DNA of 64,000 nucleotides from Trypanosoma brucei (taxonomy: Eukaryota), in NCBI GenBank assembly GCA_000002445.1, contig CM000207.1, forward strand, positions 2,816,001 to 2,880,000, given 5' to 3'. The notes beneath the pieces were generated by a model. The model was not told the DNA's origin, did no database searches, and was given only the letters and a program-made list of their open reading frames with translations. Positions 35,325 to 47,710 of this stretch are shown piece by piece (within the stretch, counting starts at the first letter, position 1; each line of letters starts with the position of its first letter). A program made the position numbers and the translations under genes.

Positions 35325-37249
35325 TTTTTTTTCTTATGCCTACGAAGATCAGCTGTGTGGGCGCAGCGCAGTTGCTTGACAGTGCGGTCTTGGCAAACAA
35401 AAAAAGGATATTTTGGTTTGGCCTATTGGAAGTTGCTGAAGTATGGCTATTGCTGCTGCGACTACCGAGCTAACAGATACACATGATCGCTTTTCTGCTG
35501 TTGCTGACCAAAATAACACAAAGTATCCCACAGTTTTCATGATCTTTCTGTACTGTTCTATTTCCTCCTCTACTATAAATTATACCGGGAAACTATATTA
35601 TTTGTTGTATGTCGAACTTACTGGTTAACACTATGTTTCTTCTTCCGATTATAAACCACAGTTAAAAACATCCACACATTAGCATCTATCCATTTTATAA
35701 TGCCTTGTAGATCACAATCCGTCTTTTTTCTTTGCATCACGTATTTTTTCCTTCTAATCTTTGATGTACAGTAGCTTATTCGGTCTTTTATAGTGTTTTT
35801 TTCATACTTCTTTATCTATAATAATTTGTACTTCTGCTGATAATGTAGCAGGTCCATTAATAATGTACACTGCACTGTTTTTACATAATTTTCTCTCCAC
35901 TTCCTTGCGAATCATGATCCCCATCATCACATTTGTGTTTGCGGATGCAAATTTTCCATTTCCATTTCTAAATCTTCAAACTAATTACAATATAAAAATT
36001 ATCACTTTGTTTCGTTGAGGTTTTCATATGTTCAACTTGAGTAAGTGTTGTATTTAGTGTAGAAAAAACATGTGCAAAATGACAAATGTATGGTCTAAAA
36101 TTATCGCATACGACTGTACATTAAATTATAAGTTTCTTGTCTATTTATATCTATCAGATCTATCTCGTTCATCCGAAATTTTAATTCTATAAATCTTGAA
36201 AATACAGCAGATATTTTACTCCTTAAAATTCAAATTTTATGGCTTACAATCTGTGCTATATGGCGGTTCCTTTGTAGTGGTGCATCCAGCTTCTGAAATT
36301 ATATAACTTTTTTCTTTTTTATTCTTATGCTCGACCTTACGCCAATTTTCTTCACAATCTACCTCATTTTAGGTTGTTTGCACTTCAGAGACTGTGCTTT
36401 TGGATTCCATTAAAGTTTTTTCAACTTTTCTGTCGAATTATTTGCCACGTTAGCACTGTACGATTGAAAGCACTTATATGAAATGTGCGTTCTTCAAATG
36501 TACTTATTTTTTCCTCTTGGCGAGTTTTGAATTAATGTAGTTTTGCTACTATTGCTCCCTGCTTCAATAAAGCTGCTATAATGTTTCACATATATTTTAT
36601 TTTAAGCATCCTTTACCAATATATCTTTTTTCTGTCTACGGTTATCAAATAGTAGTCCTCATTTTAATATCTATCTCTCAATAATATTATATCGTTTGCG
36701 ACAAATGTAGGTGGTTGTTACTATATGTGATGGGGCAGTTTCGACATTACTTTATTCCTATTCGATCACCTCCACTGTCTCCTACTTCTTCTTGGCATTG
36801 TAATCCACCACAATATTGAAAACCGCATTCTACCATCTCTACAGTGGAGTCTATCCACATCTCTGTCTAATACGGAGCGCAACTTCTCCTCCTAATGTAT
36901 CGTTTTCTCCTATGTTGTGCTATTGTGCATCCAGTTGTTTTCTTCTTAGTTTTCTTTCCTTCTTTTTACTCTTATATCGGTTTCTTCTGCAGATGATATA
37001 GGGAATCTATTAGACCTTTAAAATAGATACTGTCACCTCCATCATCTTTTAATTTTGATTTCCATCATTAAGTTTATCTTTTAGATCTGCGCATTACATC
37101 CCTCACCCCTTCTCCATCTCTTTCCTTTAATAACAAACCCCCTTTCTGTATAATACTCACTTTTCAACTGACTCCCTTAGCTCTATTGTTCTCCTTTCAT
37201 TTATTTAAGTTCTTCTACTTGGTCATTCTATTTAGTCCTCACTACAACC

Positions 37250-37340
37250 TCTGTCATAATATTCGTATATGCACACACTCACAACACTCTTCTATCATCA
37301 TTATTATCATTATTATCATTACTATTATTATTATTGCTGC
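37250..37340 (-). repeat. 70-bp repeat (about 1.3 copies)
   Basis: Sequence cataatattcgtatatgcacacactcacaacactcttctatcatcattattatcattattatcattactattattattattg. Confidence 0.85.
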
Positions 37341-37482
37341 AACTCATATACATAATATGAACGAAATAAACCTTGTTAGAATAGCACCAATGTTTCATAC
37401 CTTTTCACCCTACTATTGTACACATTTTTAATATTTCACAAAAAATCAGAATTATTCAAAATTTCATATTTTTATCAATAAG

Positions 37483-37498
37483 TGTTAAAATATATCAT
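37483..37498 (-). promoter_or_regulatory. VSG 3'UTR 16-mer (reverse complement gtgttaaaatatatca)
   Basis: Exact reverse complement of TGATATATTTTAACAC. Confidence 0.7.
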
Positions 37499-37578
37499 AG
37501 TATATCAATTTGTAGAAAACTTTCTTGAAACAGTAAATTCTATAATTTTTATAAGATTGGGTAAACATCGTTATAATG

Positions 37579-39157
37579 CTAAAATGCTACAAAACTCATA
37601 AAAGCAGCAGCATTCACCAGAGAAATTTTCTTAATAACGAGAAAACTGGAATCTTTGAAAGCGTTATTTTCCCATTTGCGTTCTGGAACCTTGGTGCATT
37701 ATTCTTGTAGCTTTCCCTTGCAATTCCCTGTTGTTGTTTCGGTTCCTCCAGTTTGAGATTGTGTCACAGTGACACCTTTTACCTTCGCTTTTTCCGCATC
37801 AAATTGCACTTTTTGCTGCTGTCTTCAGAGTCGTCATAACTGCATTGTTTTTCCTTGTTACACTTGTCTTTGTTAGCGTCTCCAATTGCGTTACAATATT
37901 CCTCCTGTGCCTGGTTGGTGGCGACTGGTTGCTTGCAGCTTTCAGTGCTGACCACAGGTTACACCCGTTTTTTAACTCTTGGATTGCTGCGAGTGTGCTT
38001 TTCTGTATCTCTCCCGGGTAAGTCAAAGTGCTTAATTTCACTTGGGTTTTTGATCCTTCCGCAAGCTTGGGGACCATGGTGCTTAGAATTTTCTCCTTTA
38101 GCTTTTGTGCCTGTGTAGTGGTCGCCGGCTCCACACTGTTGATTAGCGCGGTGGCTATTTCATCTTCTGTTGGTTTGGCTGGAGCTCCTTTTGGTTTATT
38201 TATGACTGCAAGTAGTGCTGCCTTGAGGTTTTCAGTCGCTAGGATGCTATCGAGTACTTCGTCGGCTGTCTCGCCGGAGCTGTTGTGCATGTGCTTTTCT
38301 AGTTGTCCTATTTTGTTGTAAAGTTTTGCTGCGGCTGTTGTCGCCTCTGGTGTTGCCCAAGAATTGCCTAGTGCGTTTAGGGCCGGGGTTTGTGCTGTTG
38401 CGCTTGCTGCCGTGTCGTGCGGTTTAATGGTTATGAAACCTTGGGCTATGTTTACGTCGTCGCCGGCTCCGCCGTTTGCCTTCCATAGCTTTGCTGCGTT
38501 GTCGTTTGCACCTACTAGAAAAATACATGTTTGTTGGGCGTTGCCGCTGTGCAGGTCTGTTTTCGCCGACAATGTTTTGAAGCCTTTGTTGTCCATTACA
38601 CTGGCATCGACTGTTGCTCGTGGTTCCGGTGGCTCTAGTATTTCTGCCGGGCAGCCGTACGCCGTTACAGTCGAGGCTAACGTGGCTGTGCTGTCCCCTT
38701 TTTGAACGATGCACTTGCTCGTGCTTCGGTCTTTAGAAGCCTGTCGGAGAATGTCGATTACCTCTGAAATGTGCCCACTGGTTTTGGCGCCGTTAGTGGC
38801 TGCATTTAATGCTATTGGGGCTAGAGTGGCCAGAGCGGTGGCAGCATCGGTCGAACACCTTGAAGCTCTGGCGCCCGCTGCCGCATAAAGCGTTGAGGTG
38901 TTGCTGTCTGTCGCTGCGGCCGCAGCCAGGTTTGCTTTAGCCGCCGCCTCATTTGCCGCCGATACCTGGTTTATTAGGCTTTGTATCTTTGCTAAAGCGA
39001 CACCTTCGATATCCGTTAAAGTTTTGGCTACTTTGCAAACCTTTTTGACGGGCTCTTCGTCAAAGGCGGGGCCACTGGGCGATACAGGCACTGCCAGCAG
39101 CTTTAGGGCCAGCGCGAGCGCCAAGGTACTTGTTGTCCGGCCCGAATTTCGGGGCAT
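37579..39157 (-). pseudogene. VSG: Near-intact VSG. The 452-aa N-domain ORF (signal MPRNSGRTTSTLALALALKLLAVPVSP…) is uninterrupted. The C-terminal domain and GPI tail (…ENNAFKDSSFLVIKKISLVNAAAFMSFVAF*) are in a different frame, with a single apparent frameshift near 37800.
   Basis: ORF 37799..39157 is intact. Translating the minus strand of 37579..37800 gives a Cys-containing C-terminal domain plus a KDSS-type tail in another frame. Confidence 0.8.
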
Positions 39158-40811
39158 TGCTGTTACGTTAACTGTGCTTCGCTTTCGGTTCGCCTTGCTA
39201 TTGTGATTCTTAGAGGTGTGTCTTCTAGGAGAAAAAATAAATCCGCAGTTGTGTTTATACGGTGACAGTTTCCTGTTTACTCGACCTTTTTATTGCTTTT
39301 GAGTTTTTAGATTCTGTTCTCCCCTGTTAATGTAGCTTTTGCTTTTATTGGCCACCACTCCGCACGGCCAATATCATTTCAACGGCGTAAACATAATGAG
39401 AAGGCAGTAGGAATTCAAGTCTTAATTTTTTTTTGAGAAAATTTCTGTCAATTACCTTTAGTAGAAAAAAACATAACCAAGTTTTTGTCACAGGTATGGA
39501 TGGTGTCCTTTTCCTGCCAATCCCAGTCGCTGTCATGATCATGTCCGGCTTGTTGGTTCAACCCGTTGGTCCTGCTGTTGCTTTATGCGACTTTCAGCGG
39601 CTTCAAGTCTATCCTGTTAGCGCCTCACTTTCATGCACTCATGGACAAATTTTGCCATAAGCCTTCCGTTTACATTCACCCACTACAGTGTGAAATACAT
39701 ATTTACTGCTGTCGTTTTTCTGGACGTTTGTCGTCTCATTTGACTTTTGATTTCTGATATGTGGCTTTTTAGGTGTCATTGTTTCACTACATCTACTATC
39801 CTAGCAGTGAGTTGTTTTTAATAAGCTTCTGGTGACGTTGATGTCTTAAGTCGTTATTTTTTCTTTTTTTCTCTACTTTGTTGTTTTTCGCGCCCTCACG
39901 TTGTGACCTGAAGGTGGTTGGATCGGTCATTCTGTTGCAATATTATCGTTTTTTTCAAACTCAACGATACAGAAACCTGTTTGTATTCCAACCACCGTTC
40001 AGAGCTACTGCCTCAACTCTCTCTACCTGATAAGGTAAGTTTAGTTGCACTCTTTTAAGTCCTTTTACTTTAAGCTCCAAAATCTTACATTTAAGCTGCT
40101 TTTTTACAATTTTACATGGTTGTATCTAGAGAAGAACAAAGATATAATTTAATCTAATACAACTATCAATTCATATAAGTAAATGGAAAACAAAGGATAG
40201 CTGTTTCTACACTATCTTGTGGTGTAAAAGCTTCTTAATGCTTGTTTTATGCATTCTTTCCTTCGTTGTTTGTCTTTCAAATACTTTCTTCGGTTTTCTG
40301 CCTGTGATAAAAGATTTGAGGAAATCGCAAGCTTTATTGTTCGGAACAGCAGTTTTTTTGATTTTAATTCATTTGAGAGACGAACTTTTAAATAAAAATT
40401 CGGCCTTTATCAGATTTGCTCTTTTTCCTAGACCACTGTGTATATATGATAGAGCTTTGATTGGAGACAATGCATACTTCAACGAGGCCTCAGGGCACAT
40501 AGGCAGTGGTGCTTATAGATGTCCTCCGCTTGCACCACATCCTTTTGTGTTTTGTTAGGACTCAATTCGTTCTTTACACGGGACTATTTCTCTCCCTCAT
40601 CGTTCAATCCATTATAAAATTGTGTATAATGATGCACGTAGTCATTTTTATGAAACTGAGTGTCTTTTCTTTCCTTCGCTCATTATCTTCATGCATTTTC
40701 TTTCATAAAATTTTGCTTTTTCTCACACACTCACTCACATACTTCCTTTGCTGACTTTTCCTTTTAACGTTTACTTTGGCATTGCATTTAGTTTGCACAA
40801 ACAACCTCAAC

Positions 40812-40880
40812 TATTATTATAATATTCGTATATACACACTCACAACACTGTCCTATCAATATTATTACTATTGCAACCCT
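40812..40880 (-). repeat. 70-bp repeat (1 copy)
   Basis: Sequence ctattattataatattcgtatatacacactcacaacactgtcctatcaatattattactattg. Confidence 0.85.
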
Positions 40881-41145
40881 AATTAATATCTATAAAATAA
40901 ACCATGTAACAAATTAGTAAATATTAGAATAATACTCAATGTGAGTACCCTATAAACTTAGTACATTTTATCTACATGCCAAATTTATATGAAAATCACA
41001 TATATTTCAATTTTTGATATTACTTTATTTTCAGTTTTTTTTGCAAATTTTGAGGAGATTTTGCAAAAGTGTTAAAAAACATCAAAAAAATTTATAAATT
41101 TCATAAGTATTCACAAAATTGAGCAAACCCCTTCCTGAAACATTA

Positions 41146-42459
41146 TTATAGAAGCAAAAATGCATGCACAACAGACTCCTTATGAATGACAAAAGAATTG
41201 CTTCCTGTGGTGTTTGTGTTTTTTGTTTCTGCCATAGATTCAGCTGTGTCTTTTTCACATTTGCTCTCTTTTTCATTATATTTGCACCCATCCTTTTTGT
41301 CACATTGATTTTTGTCATTTATTCCGCCGCGGTCGGTTGTTTCTTTTTTAGAGAGGCATTTCTTGACTACAGTTGGAGCAGCTTTCTTTTGTGCCATGTA
41401 GTAAGCTAGCGCCGAGCCCAGTTTGTCTAGGTCATTTATTTCACTTAATTTTTCACCCTGATCTGCGCTTGTCGCTTGGGGTTCGAGTGTTACACTATTG
41501 ACTGTTGTCCATATCTTGTTATCGAAACTGTTGTCCGCTTTGCCGTACACAGACTTCTTGATTCGTTCGATTTCATCTGTATGTTTCCCTTTCGCTGATT
41601 CCTTAGCTTGCCCGTCTATCGTAGCTAATATCGTCAGTTCGAATGGTTGGTCTTCTACTATTGCTGCTGAAAGTAGGTCATCTGGTTTAAAACTAAGCTT
41701 GGCGATAAGGGTTTCCGTTGTTTTCAGGCCTTTGAGAGCATCTGAAATATAGTCCTTGCTTGGTAGCAGGTCCGCTGGTTTCATTGTTGTTTGTTTATAG
41801 TCATTGTCGTCTGCTGTTTGTCTCTCAAGCTGTTCAAGTTTCTCGTTTAGCATGGCTCCCGTCGACATCCCAAATTGTGTTGCTGTCGTGTCTGCGCCGC
41901 CGCAGTTGTTGTCTGTGAGGCTGGCTCCTACGCAACACCGCAGTCCTGCTGTCTTGGTGCTCGCGTCTGGTTTGTTCCTTTGTAGCACGACAATCGCTAT
42001 TTTCGGCCCGCGTTTCTCTGGTACAATGGGACTGTCTGCCCCTCTTGGTGTTGCTGCCGATTTACCGCAGGCTTCTTTACCGGTGCCAAAGGCGACATCT
42101 TGTATTGGTTTGCCGTTTGCGGTTATTGTTGCCGCTGTGTTGCCGGCGTCGACACTTTCTACTTTCAGTTTGGCTACGTCGGCGATTAAGTGTTGCATCC
42201 CGTGTATTCTGCTGAGACTCGCTATGCTCGCCATTAGTGTCTCTAGCGCTCCGTTTAGGTTTTTTTGAGCCGCCGCTGTGCGTGCTGTTCCTGCTGAAAT
42301 TACCGGGGCAAGCAATTGTGTCAGTCGCCCATTGTTTACTGCCGCGGCTACTGATAGCCGCGCCAATATAATGTTCGCTTTGTGCAGCTGAGACTGCTGT
42401 GCCTGTACGGCGCCTGATATTTTTTGTGTCATTTTCTCAAATTTTTCGCTGCGTCGCAC
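41146..42459 (-). pseudogene. VSG: VSG lacking a signal peptide (N-terminally degenerate). The 437-aa ORF has an A-type N-domain (…LRCCVGASLTDNNCGGADTT…), a Cys-rich C-terminal domain and the tail …NTNTTGSNSFVIHKESVVHAFLLL*.
   Basis: The ORF begins with MRRSEKFEKMTQ…, which has no hydrophobic leader. Upstream translation contains stops, so the 5' end is damaged while the 3' two-thirds is an open VSG. Confidence 0.75.
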
Positions 42460-43969
42460 GCATTTCTCGTGTTTTTTTCAGTTTCGTGAAAGGCGTTGAC
42501 TGATAGTGTTACGAGCACCGCTGAAAACACCCGTTGTTGATATCGTCTTCAACATCTTTGGTCCGCTGCGAAACCATACCCATGAGGCATAAAGAAGGGT
42601 TAATTAGTTTTAAGTGTACAGGTTTGACCGTAACCACTCTTTGTTGTTTTTGTGTTCTAGTCGGGTATGGACCGGATTTTATAACAATGACATATGGCTC
42701 TTGGTTAAAAGCAAACTCCCTTATAAAGATTTTGACAATTTTATCGTTGTTGATTTATTTGGCTACTTTCTGGAACAGTTTTATTAGATCTTTATTTGCT
42801 CCAGTCTGCTGGCGGTATATAATAGGATCTACGGTCGTTTCCTCATTTATTATATTTTAGTAAAAATGACGAAGTCTACTTTCAAAAACTACCACTTTTA
42901 AATCACAATCTTTATCAGTGTACATCTAAAACAATTAAAATTTATGATCGTTTTCCGCTTTTATCTTTGCACAAGCCTCTGTCTGTGGGAGTACTTCAGT
43001 GACGATACAACTCCACCGCCTCTGCTGTACGCATAGCCTTGATCAATTCATGGTATTGTACTGTGTGCACTTCCTTTCTTATGTTTTCATCAGGCAAGTG
43101 GAGCTCTGACTACACTCTTTTGTTTTGAAGTTTCTTGAGACGGTCCATCAAAGCCTCATCATCGTATATTCTTATATGAGTTATCCGGTATTTTGAGGCT
43201 GCTATGATTATACAGTGAGTCAGTAGTGGAGAGTCGGAGCATTATTTGAATCTTTCTGTACTTCATAAAGGTCTCTATTGTCCACATATATACTATTTTA
43301 AGAACCTACCGTCTTTATTGTTCTTTTTTGATCCATAGTATTCCGTTAGTACTCCTCGTTTTTAAATCTTTATCCAAGCAATATTATATTGTGGTACAAT
43401 AAATGTTGATTATTATTCTTATATCTTGTGAGAAGATTGCAACATCATTTTGAAGCTAAATACTCTCTTCTTTCTCCTGCTTACATTTTTTACTCATCTT
43501 TTTAACAGGTGGATATTAGGATCTACTATCAGATTTTAAACAACAGTTTTCTCGAACTTCACTGCTGCACCCATTGGTTTATGAGTAAAGCAGAGAGCAT
43601 CATCTCCTGATGTATTATTTTTTTTAGTGATGTACTGTCTTGCATCCTGTCACCACATTCTGTATTTTTTGTTCCTTGTCTTTACTTTTCTGCCACTTTT
43701 TTTGGATAACGTAGACAACTTATTTCGCCTGTAAACTGCATTGTGTCCCTTTATTATTGTCCCATCCCTCATATTAACCTATATGATGATTTCCCTTTTT
43801 ATGTATTAATTCGAAAACGCGAACATTTAATCTCCGTCTTTCTCTTCTTTTTTGCGCCCCCTTTAATAATAATATTACTCGTCCACTCTTTCACAGACTT
43901 CTTTACTTACTCCTTGTGTGCCCTTACCATATCTTTACTTCTTCTTTTCTGTACATTCATTTAGTATTT

Positions 43970-44040
43970 ACCACCATAATAATAATATTAGTATACACAC
44001 ACTCACAACATTATTCATTACCGTTACTACTATTACTTTT
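43970..44040 (-). repeat. 70-bp repeat (1 copy)
   Basis: Sequence ataataataatattagtatacacacactcacaacattattcattaccgttactactattac. Confidence 0.8.
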
Positions 44041-44749
44041 ATGACATCAACTAATATCCATTAAATAGACCAAATAAAAAGAATAAACCAATTTATTATA
44101 TGATCTATTTTTACACACTATCACCATAATATTTCACAGCCAGAAGTCACTATCATACCAAATTTTCATTTGTTCAGGATTTTACAATATGTGAATTTTC
44201 CAAATTTTATAAAATTGTTCAAAAATTCCTTAAAATGCTAAAATGCTATCATACTCACAAAAACAGCAGCCATAATAAGAGCCAATTTTTGATTGAGAAA
44301 AATACTGAAATCTTTGCAGGTTCCGCCATCCCATTTGCAGTTGCTGTTCTTTTTACAAGCTTTTTGGTTAGTTCCATGTTAGGCACACCTATCTTTCTTC
44401 CCATGTTTCCTTCTTGGTATTCTTCTCCTTCCCCTTTTGTGTTTTATGTTCCTCATTTAGATTTTCATTCCTTTTTTGGTGGCATCATAGACGTAATGTT
44501 GACTTGGGCATTCTTCTGCTGTTTTTTTAGTTTTCATTTATTCTGGCATGGTATTGTGAGCGAAGCTGCATAATGTCTGCTGGCCTTCTAATATTGGTCG
44601 CCTCATCGCTCTAGTCAGGCCGCGTGGCGTTTAATAAAAATTCCATAAAAAGAAAAAAAGCGAAGATAAAAAATCTCTGGTAAAAAAACAAAAAAATAAA
44701 AAAGGTAAAAAATTTAAGCGATGCTTCATTGCTAGTAAAAACTAATTTA

Positions 44750-44835
44750 TTAGTAAGGGGAGAAATAACCCTAACCCAAATAACCTTAACCTTGACTCTA
44801 AGCATAACCGGAAGCCGGATAACCCTCTCTAGCCT
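44750..44835 (-). repeat. Degenerate telomere-like (TTAGGG-like) tract. The G-strand is on the minus strand.
   Basis: The plus strand reads gggagaaataaccctaacccaaataaccttaaccttgactctaagcataaccggaagccggataaccctctc, which is CCCTAA/TAACC-rich. Confidence 0.6.
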
Positions 44836-44984
44836 AACGTCCATAACCTCTCTGCCTCCTTCCTACTTTATTGGGTTTCTGGAGAAAAATTCAACAGGAA
44901 AAAAGAGTGAATTTTTTTTAGCTATTAGAAAATTCAAAGAATCAGAGAGCCGAAAAAAATTATAATTTCTCGGCTAATTTTTAC

Positions 44985-44999
44985 GTGTTAAAATATATA
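44985..44999 (-). promoter_or_regulatory. VSG 3'UTR 16-mer (reverse complement gtgttaaaatatata)
   Basis: Match about 60 nt 3' of the stop of the 45060..46523 VSG. Confidence 0.6.
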
Positions 45000-45059
45000 A
45001 AGTAGCAAAAATTTTAGCAAGGAAACATTTTTTCATAAAATTGAGGAGGAAAAATTGTT

Positions 45060-46523
45060 TTAAAAAAGCAAGGCAGCAAATGCAGCAAACACGTGAGGAA
45101 CAGACACTCTCACATTGCTAGAAAATGACTTGTCATCTTTCTTTTCAGTTTCAGGTTTTGGAAAGCATCTTTCACCCTCAGGTTTTTTATCATCAAAATC
45201 ACAACCAGCTTCCTTTTTACAATCTTTGGCTGTTGTATGCTTTTTGCATTCGTCTGCTGATTTGGCTGGTTCTGTTGTTTTATCTGTATTTGTGGGACAT
45301 GATCGATTTGCTTGGTTTTTCTTCTTTTGTTCTTGTTCGTCGACGAATTTTTTGACTGTGTAATAGGTTGCTGCATTTGCGAGCTCTTTGGGGTCATTTA
45401 TTGTCTCAAGCTTATTTTCCCCATTTCCACCTACTGCGGATTTTGGGGGCTTTAGGTCCTTGAGGTCTTTGACTATGGTGTTTTTTACTATTGTTGGCTC
45501 TTTGCCAAATGTTTCTGCCATAAACGAGTCGACTTTCGCTTTCGTTGCAGAGTTGGCATATGTCGCTTTGTCTCCATCTAGAGCTTTGGCTATGGCCTCC
45601 TTCAGTTCCGGTCGCGCCGCTACGTCTTCTGGGCTTGAGACATCTGATATGGCGTCTAATGCCTCTACCGCCGTTTCTAGTTTTCTTATTGCTGTAACCG
45701 CCTTGTTTAAAGTCTTGTCATTGGGTATCGTTGTTGTGCTGGTAATTGCTGGATATGTTTTGCCTGCTGAGCTAGCCAGTCGTGTGGTTGTTACGGCCGC
45801 TGTTTTAAGGAAGTCCCCGCCTTTGATCCCGATAAAGGTTGCTTCGTTTTGACATCCGGTTGATGGCGCCGTCCCAGTGGAGCCGTGTCCCCAAATTGTC
45901 AACAATTCGTTGTGCGTTGTGCCAGGGGTATTTGCACTGACGACGAAAAACTTTAATGTGGGCTCGCCCTGATTGGGTTGGGCTGCTTCTGCGTCGCTTA
46001 CTGGTGACCCGTCGTCATTAAAGCACGCCGCTGTTGCTGCTGGTGCTAGGGTCGGTTTGACTTGGATTATGCCGGGCGTCGTGACGGCTTGAGCCGCCGT
46101 TAGCGTATTGACGTCCTGTACTTGCGCTGACTTAATTTCTGAAACGATTGTTTGCTGGCCTGCTAGCTCGGCCGCGGCCGTGAAGCCTTCTAGAAAATTG
46201 GACGTTTCGGTTTTTATCGTTTCAAGTGCCTTGGCAGTTTCCGAAGCTAGGTTGGCTGCTAATATGCTGGCTGCTGTTGCCGCCCCGCCTGTTTTATAAG
46301 CTGCTACAACGCGTAGTTTGTTTGATTTTTCTAGAGCGCCTTTTGCGTTTGTTAGTCCTCTCTCCAATGCGCTCTCCGCTTGCCGCGTTAAGTGACGCAT
46401 GTAATGACTTGCCCCGCATGTGGTCGTTACTTGAGCTTTGGGATTGTGTAGCAAAGTGGTGCCTTGTGCAGTAATGGCCGCTGCTAGTGCTAGCGCACCG
46501 GTTGCCGCTATCCAGTAATTCAT
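45060..46523 (-). CDS. VSG: Variant surface glycoprotein, apparently intact (487 aa). Signal peptide MNYWIAATGALALAAAITAQG. C-terminal domain …CPTNTDKTTEPAKSADECKKHTTAKDCKKEAGCDFDDKKPEGERC… with tail …SFSSNVRVSVPHVFAAFAALLF*.
   Basis: Single uninterrupted ORF with a signal peptide, a VSG N-domain, a Cys-rich C-terminal domain and a hydrophobic C-terminus. A 16-mer and a 70-bp repeat (47648..47710) flank it. Confidence 0.85.
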   Translation of the reverse strand: MNYWIAATGALALAAAITAQGTTLLHNPKAQVTTTCGASHYMRHLTRQAESALERGLTNAKGALEKSNKLRVVAAYKTGGAATAASILAANLASETAKALETIKTETSNFLEGFTAAAELAGQQTIVSEIKSAQVQDVNTLTAAQAVTTPGIIQVKPTLAPAATAACFNDDGSPVSDAEAAQPNQGEPTLKFFVVSANTPGTTHNELLTIWGHGSTGTAPSTGCQNEATFIGIKGGDFLKTAAVTTTRLASSAGKTYPAITSTTTIPNDKTLNKAVTAIRKLETAVEALDAISDVSSPEDVAARPELKEAIAKALDGDKATYANSATKAKVDSFMAETFGKEPTIVKNTIVKDLKDLKPPKSAVGGNGENKLETINDPKELANAATYYTVKKFVDEQEQKKKNQANRSCPTNTDKTTEPAKSADECKKHTTAKDCKKEAGCDFDDKKPEGERCFPKPETEKKDDKSFSSNVRVSVPHVFAAFAALLF

Positions 46524-47647
46524 CGCAGTCGCTTCACTGAGTTAGTGAGGATTCCGTTCTTCGTTTGTCTGGGTTGGAACTCTAGTTGTCCTCAGGTTGA
46601 CCTTTGACGGTTATATTTGCATAAAAATTGCGGTGATTGAAGTTTTAATCTTGTAAAGGATCTCACATACCTGGTTTTTAGAGTTTGTTCAGCCTCAGTG
46701 CTTTGGTTTTTGGGTTTCGCGCTGCAACCTGCACATTAAACTCGTAGTGTAAGGTTTTGGAACTGTGTCATCTTTTAGGGCATAAACGGATTAAACGAGT
46801 TTATAACATCATAAACATAATGAGAAGGGGGAAGGATTTCAATAAACGACTTTTTTGTTCAAATTTTCCATCTATAATTCCAATATATATCGGATTATAT
46901 CTATGTCCATCATCTAGTTTCGTTCCATTCAAGTGACGTACTTCTTTAAGATACATCGAATATTTTTATACCTTAAAATTAGAAGCTTATGTCTTGTCTT
47001 TGCATATAATTAGCGACAATTCTCCAGTCCACGCCGCTGTAGTAACCAGAAAACTTCTTTTTTGTCATGGAAGCAATTGAAATTTGCTTTGGTTTTGCAT
47101 TATGAGTTCTTTCGTTTTTTGTCTAAGTTCAATGCTCTGAAAATTTGGTCCTGAAACTTCTTTTACCTTTGCGTTTGTTTTTTAGAAACATAACTATATT
47201 TCACCATTTGTAACCGCTTTCATATACATCACTCGTTTCCTGAAAACTATTAGCTTCAGTCTAGCATACCAATATGGAATTGGAGGCATATTCCCATTGA
47301 TTCTTTACGCTTCATAGAGATCCTTCATTTGGCCGTATAGAATGTTTATTTTTCTGTTAACTGTATGTTTCCATTGTGCTTTGTTCATAAGCTTATCCTT
47401 TCTGTATCGCTGTATAGAACATATTATATACATTTTTCAGTTGTTTGCGTTGTGCATCTTCATGATGAGTGTTTGTTCATTACTTAGTTTGATACCGCGT
47501 GTAATCCATCTCTATTCGTAAAATTTCTTTTATAATAGTATTTCTTGTTGCTCCTGCAAATTTTTCTTCAAACGCTTAATTTCATTGCATCCTTGCAATT
47601 GTTTTAAGTAAATCTATTATCGCAGTGTATCTATTGTTCAACGTCAC

Positions 47648-47710
47648 TTATATTATAATATTATTATATACTCACAACAAGTTCCTCTACTACTATTTCT
47701 ATCGTACCCA
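47648..47710 (-). repeat. Degenerate 70-bp repeat
   Basis: Sequence tattataatattattatatactcacaacaagttcctctactactatttc. Confidence 0.55.

Noticed and set aside
45110-45397. Two similar Gln/Asn/Lys-rich ORFs (45110..45397 and 57860..58084, minus strand) that could look like a conserved small protein
   Set aside because: Both are alternative-frame readings of the closely related C-terminal domains of the VSGs at 45060..46523 and 57860..59323. The similarity comes from the shared underlying VSG sequence.
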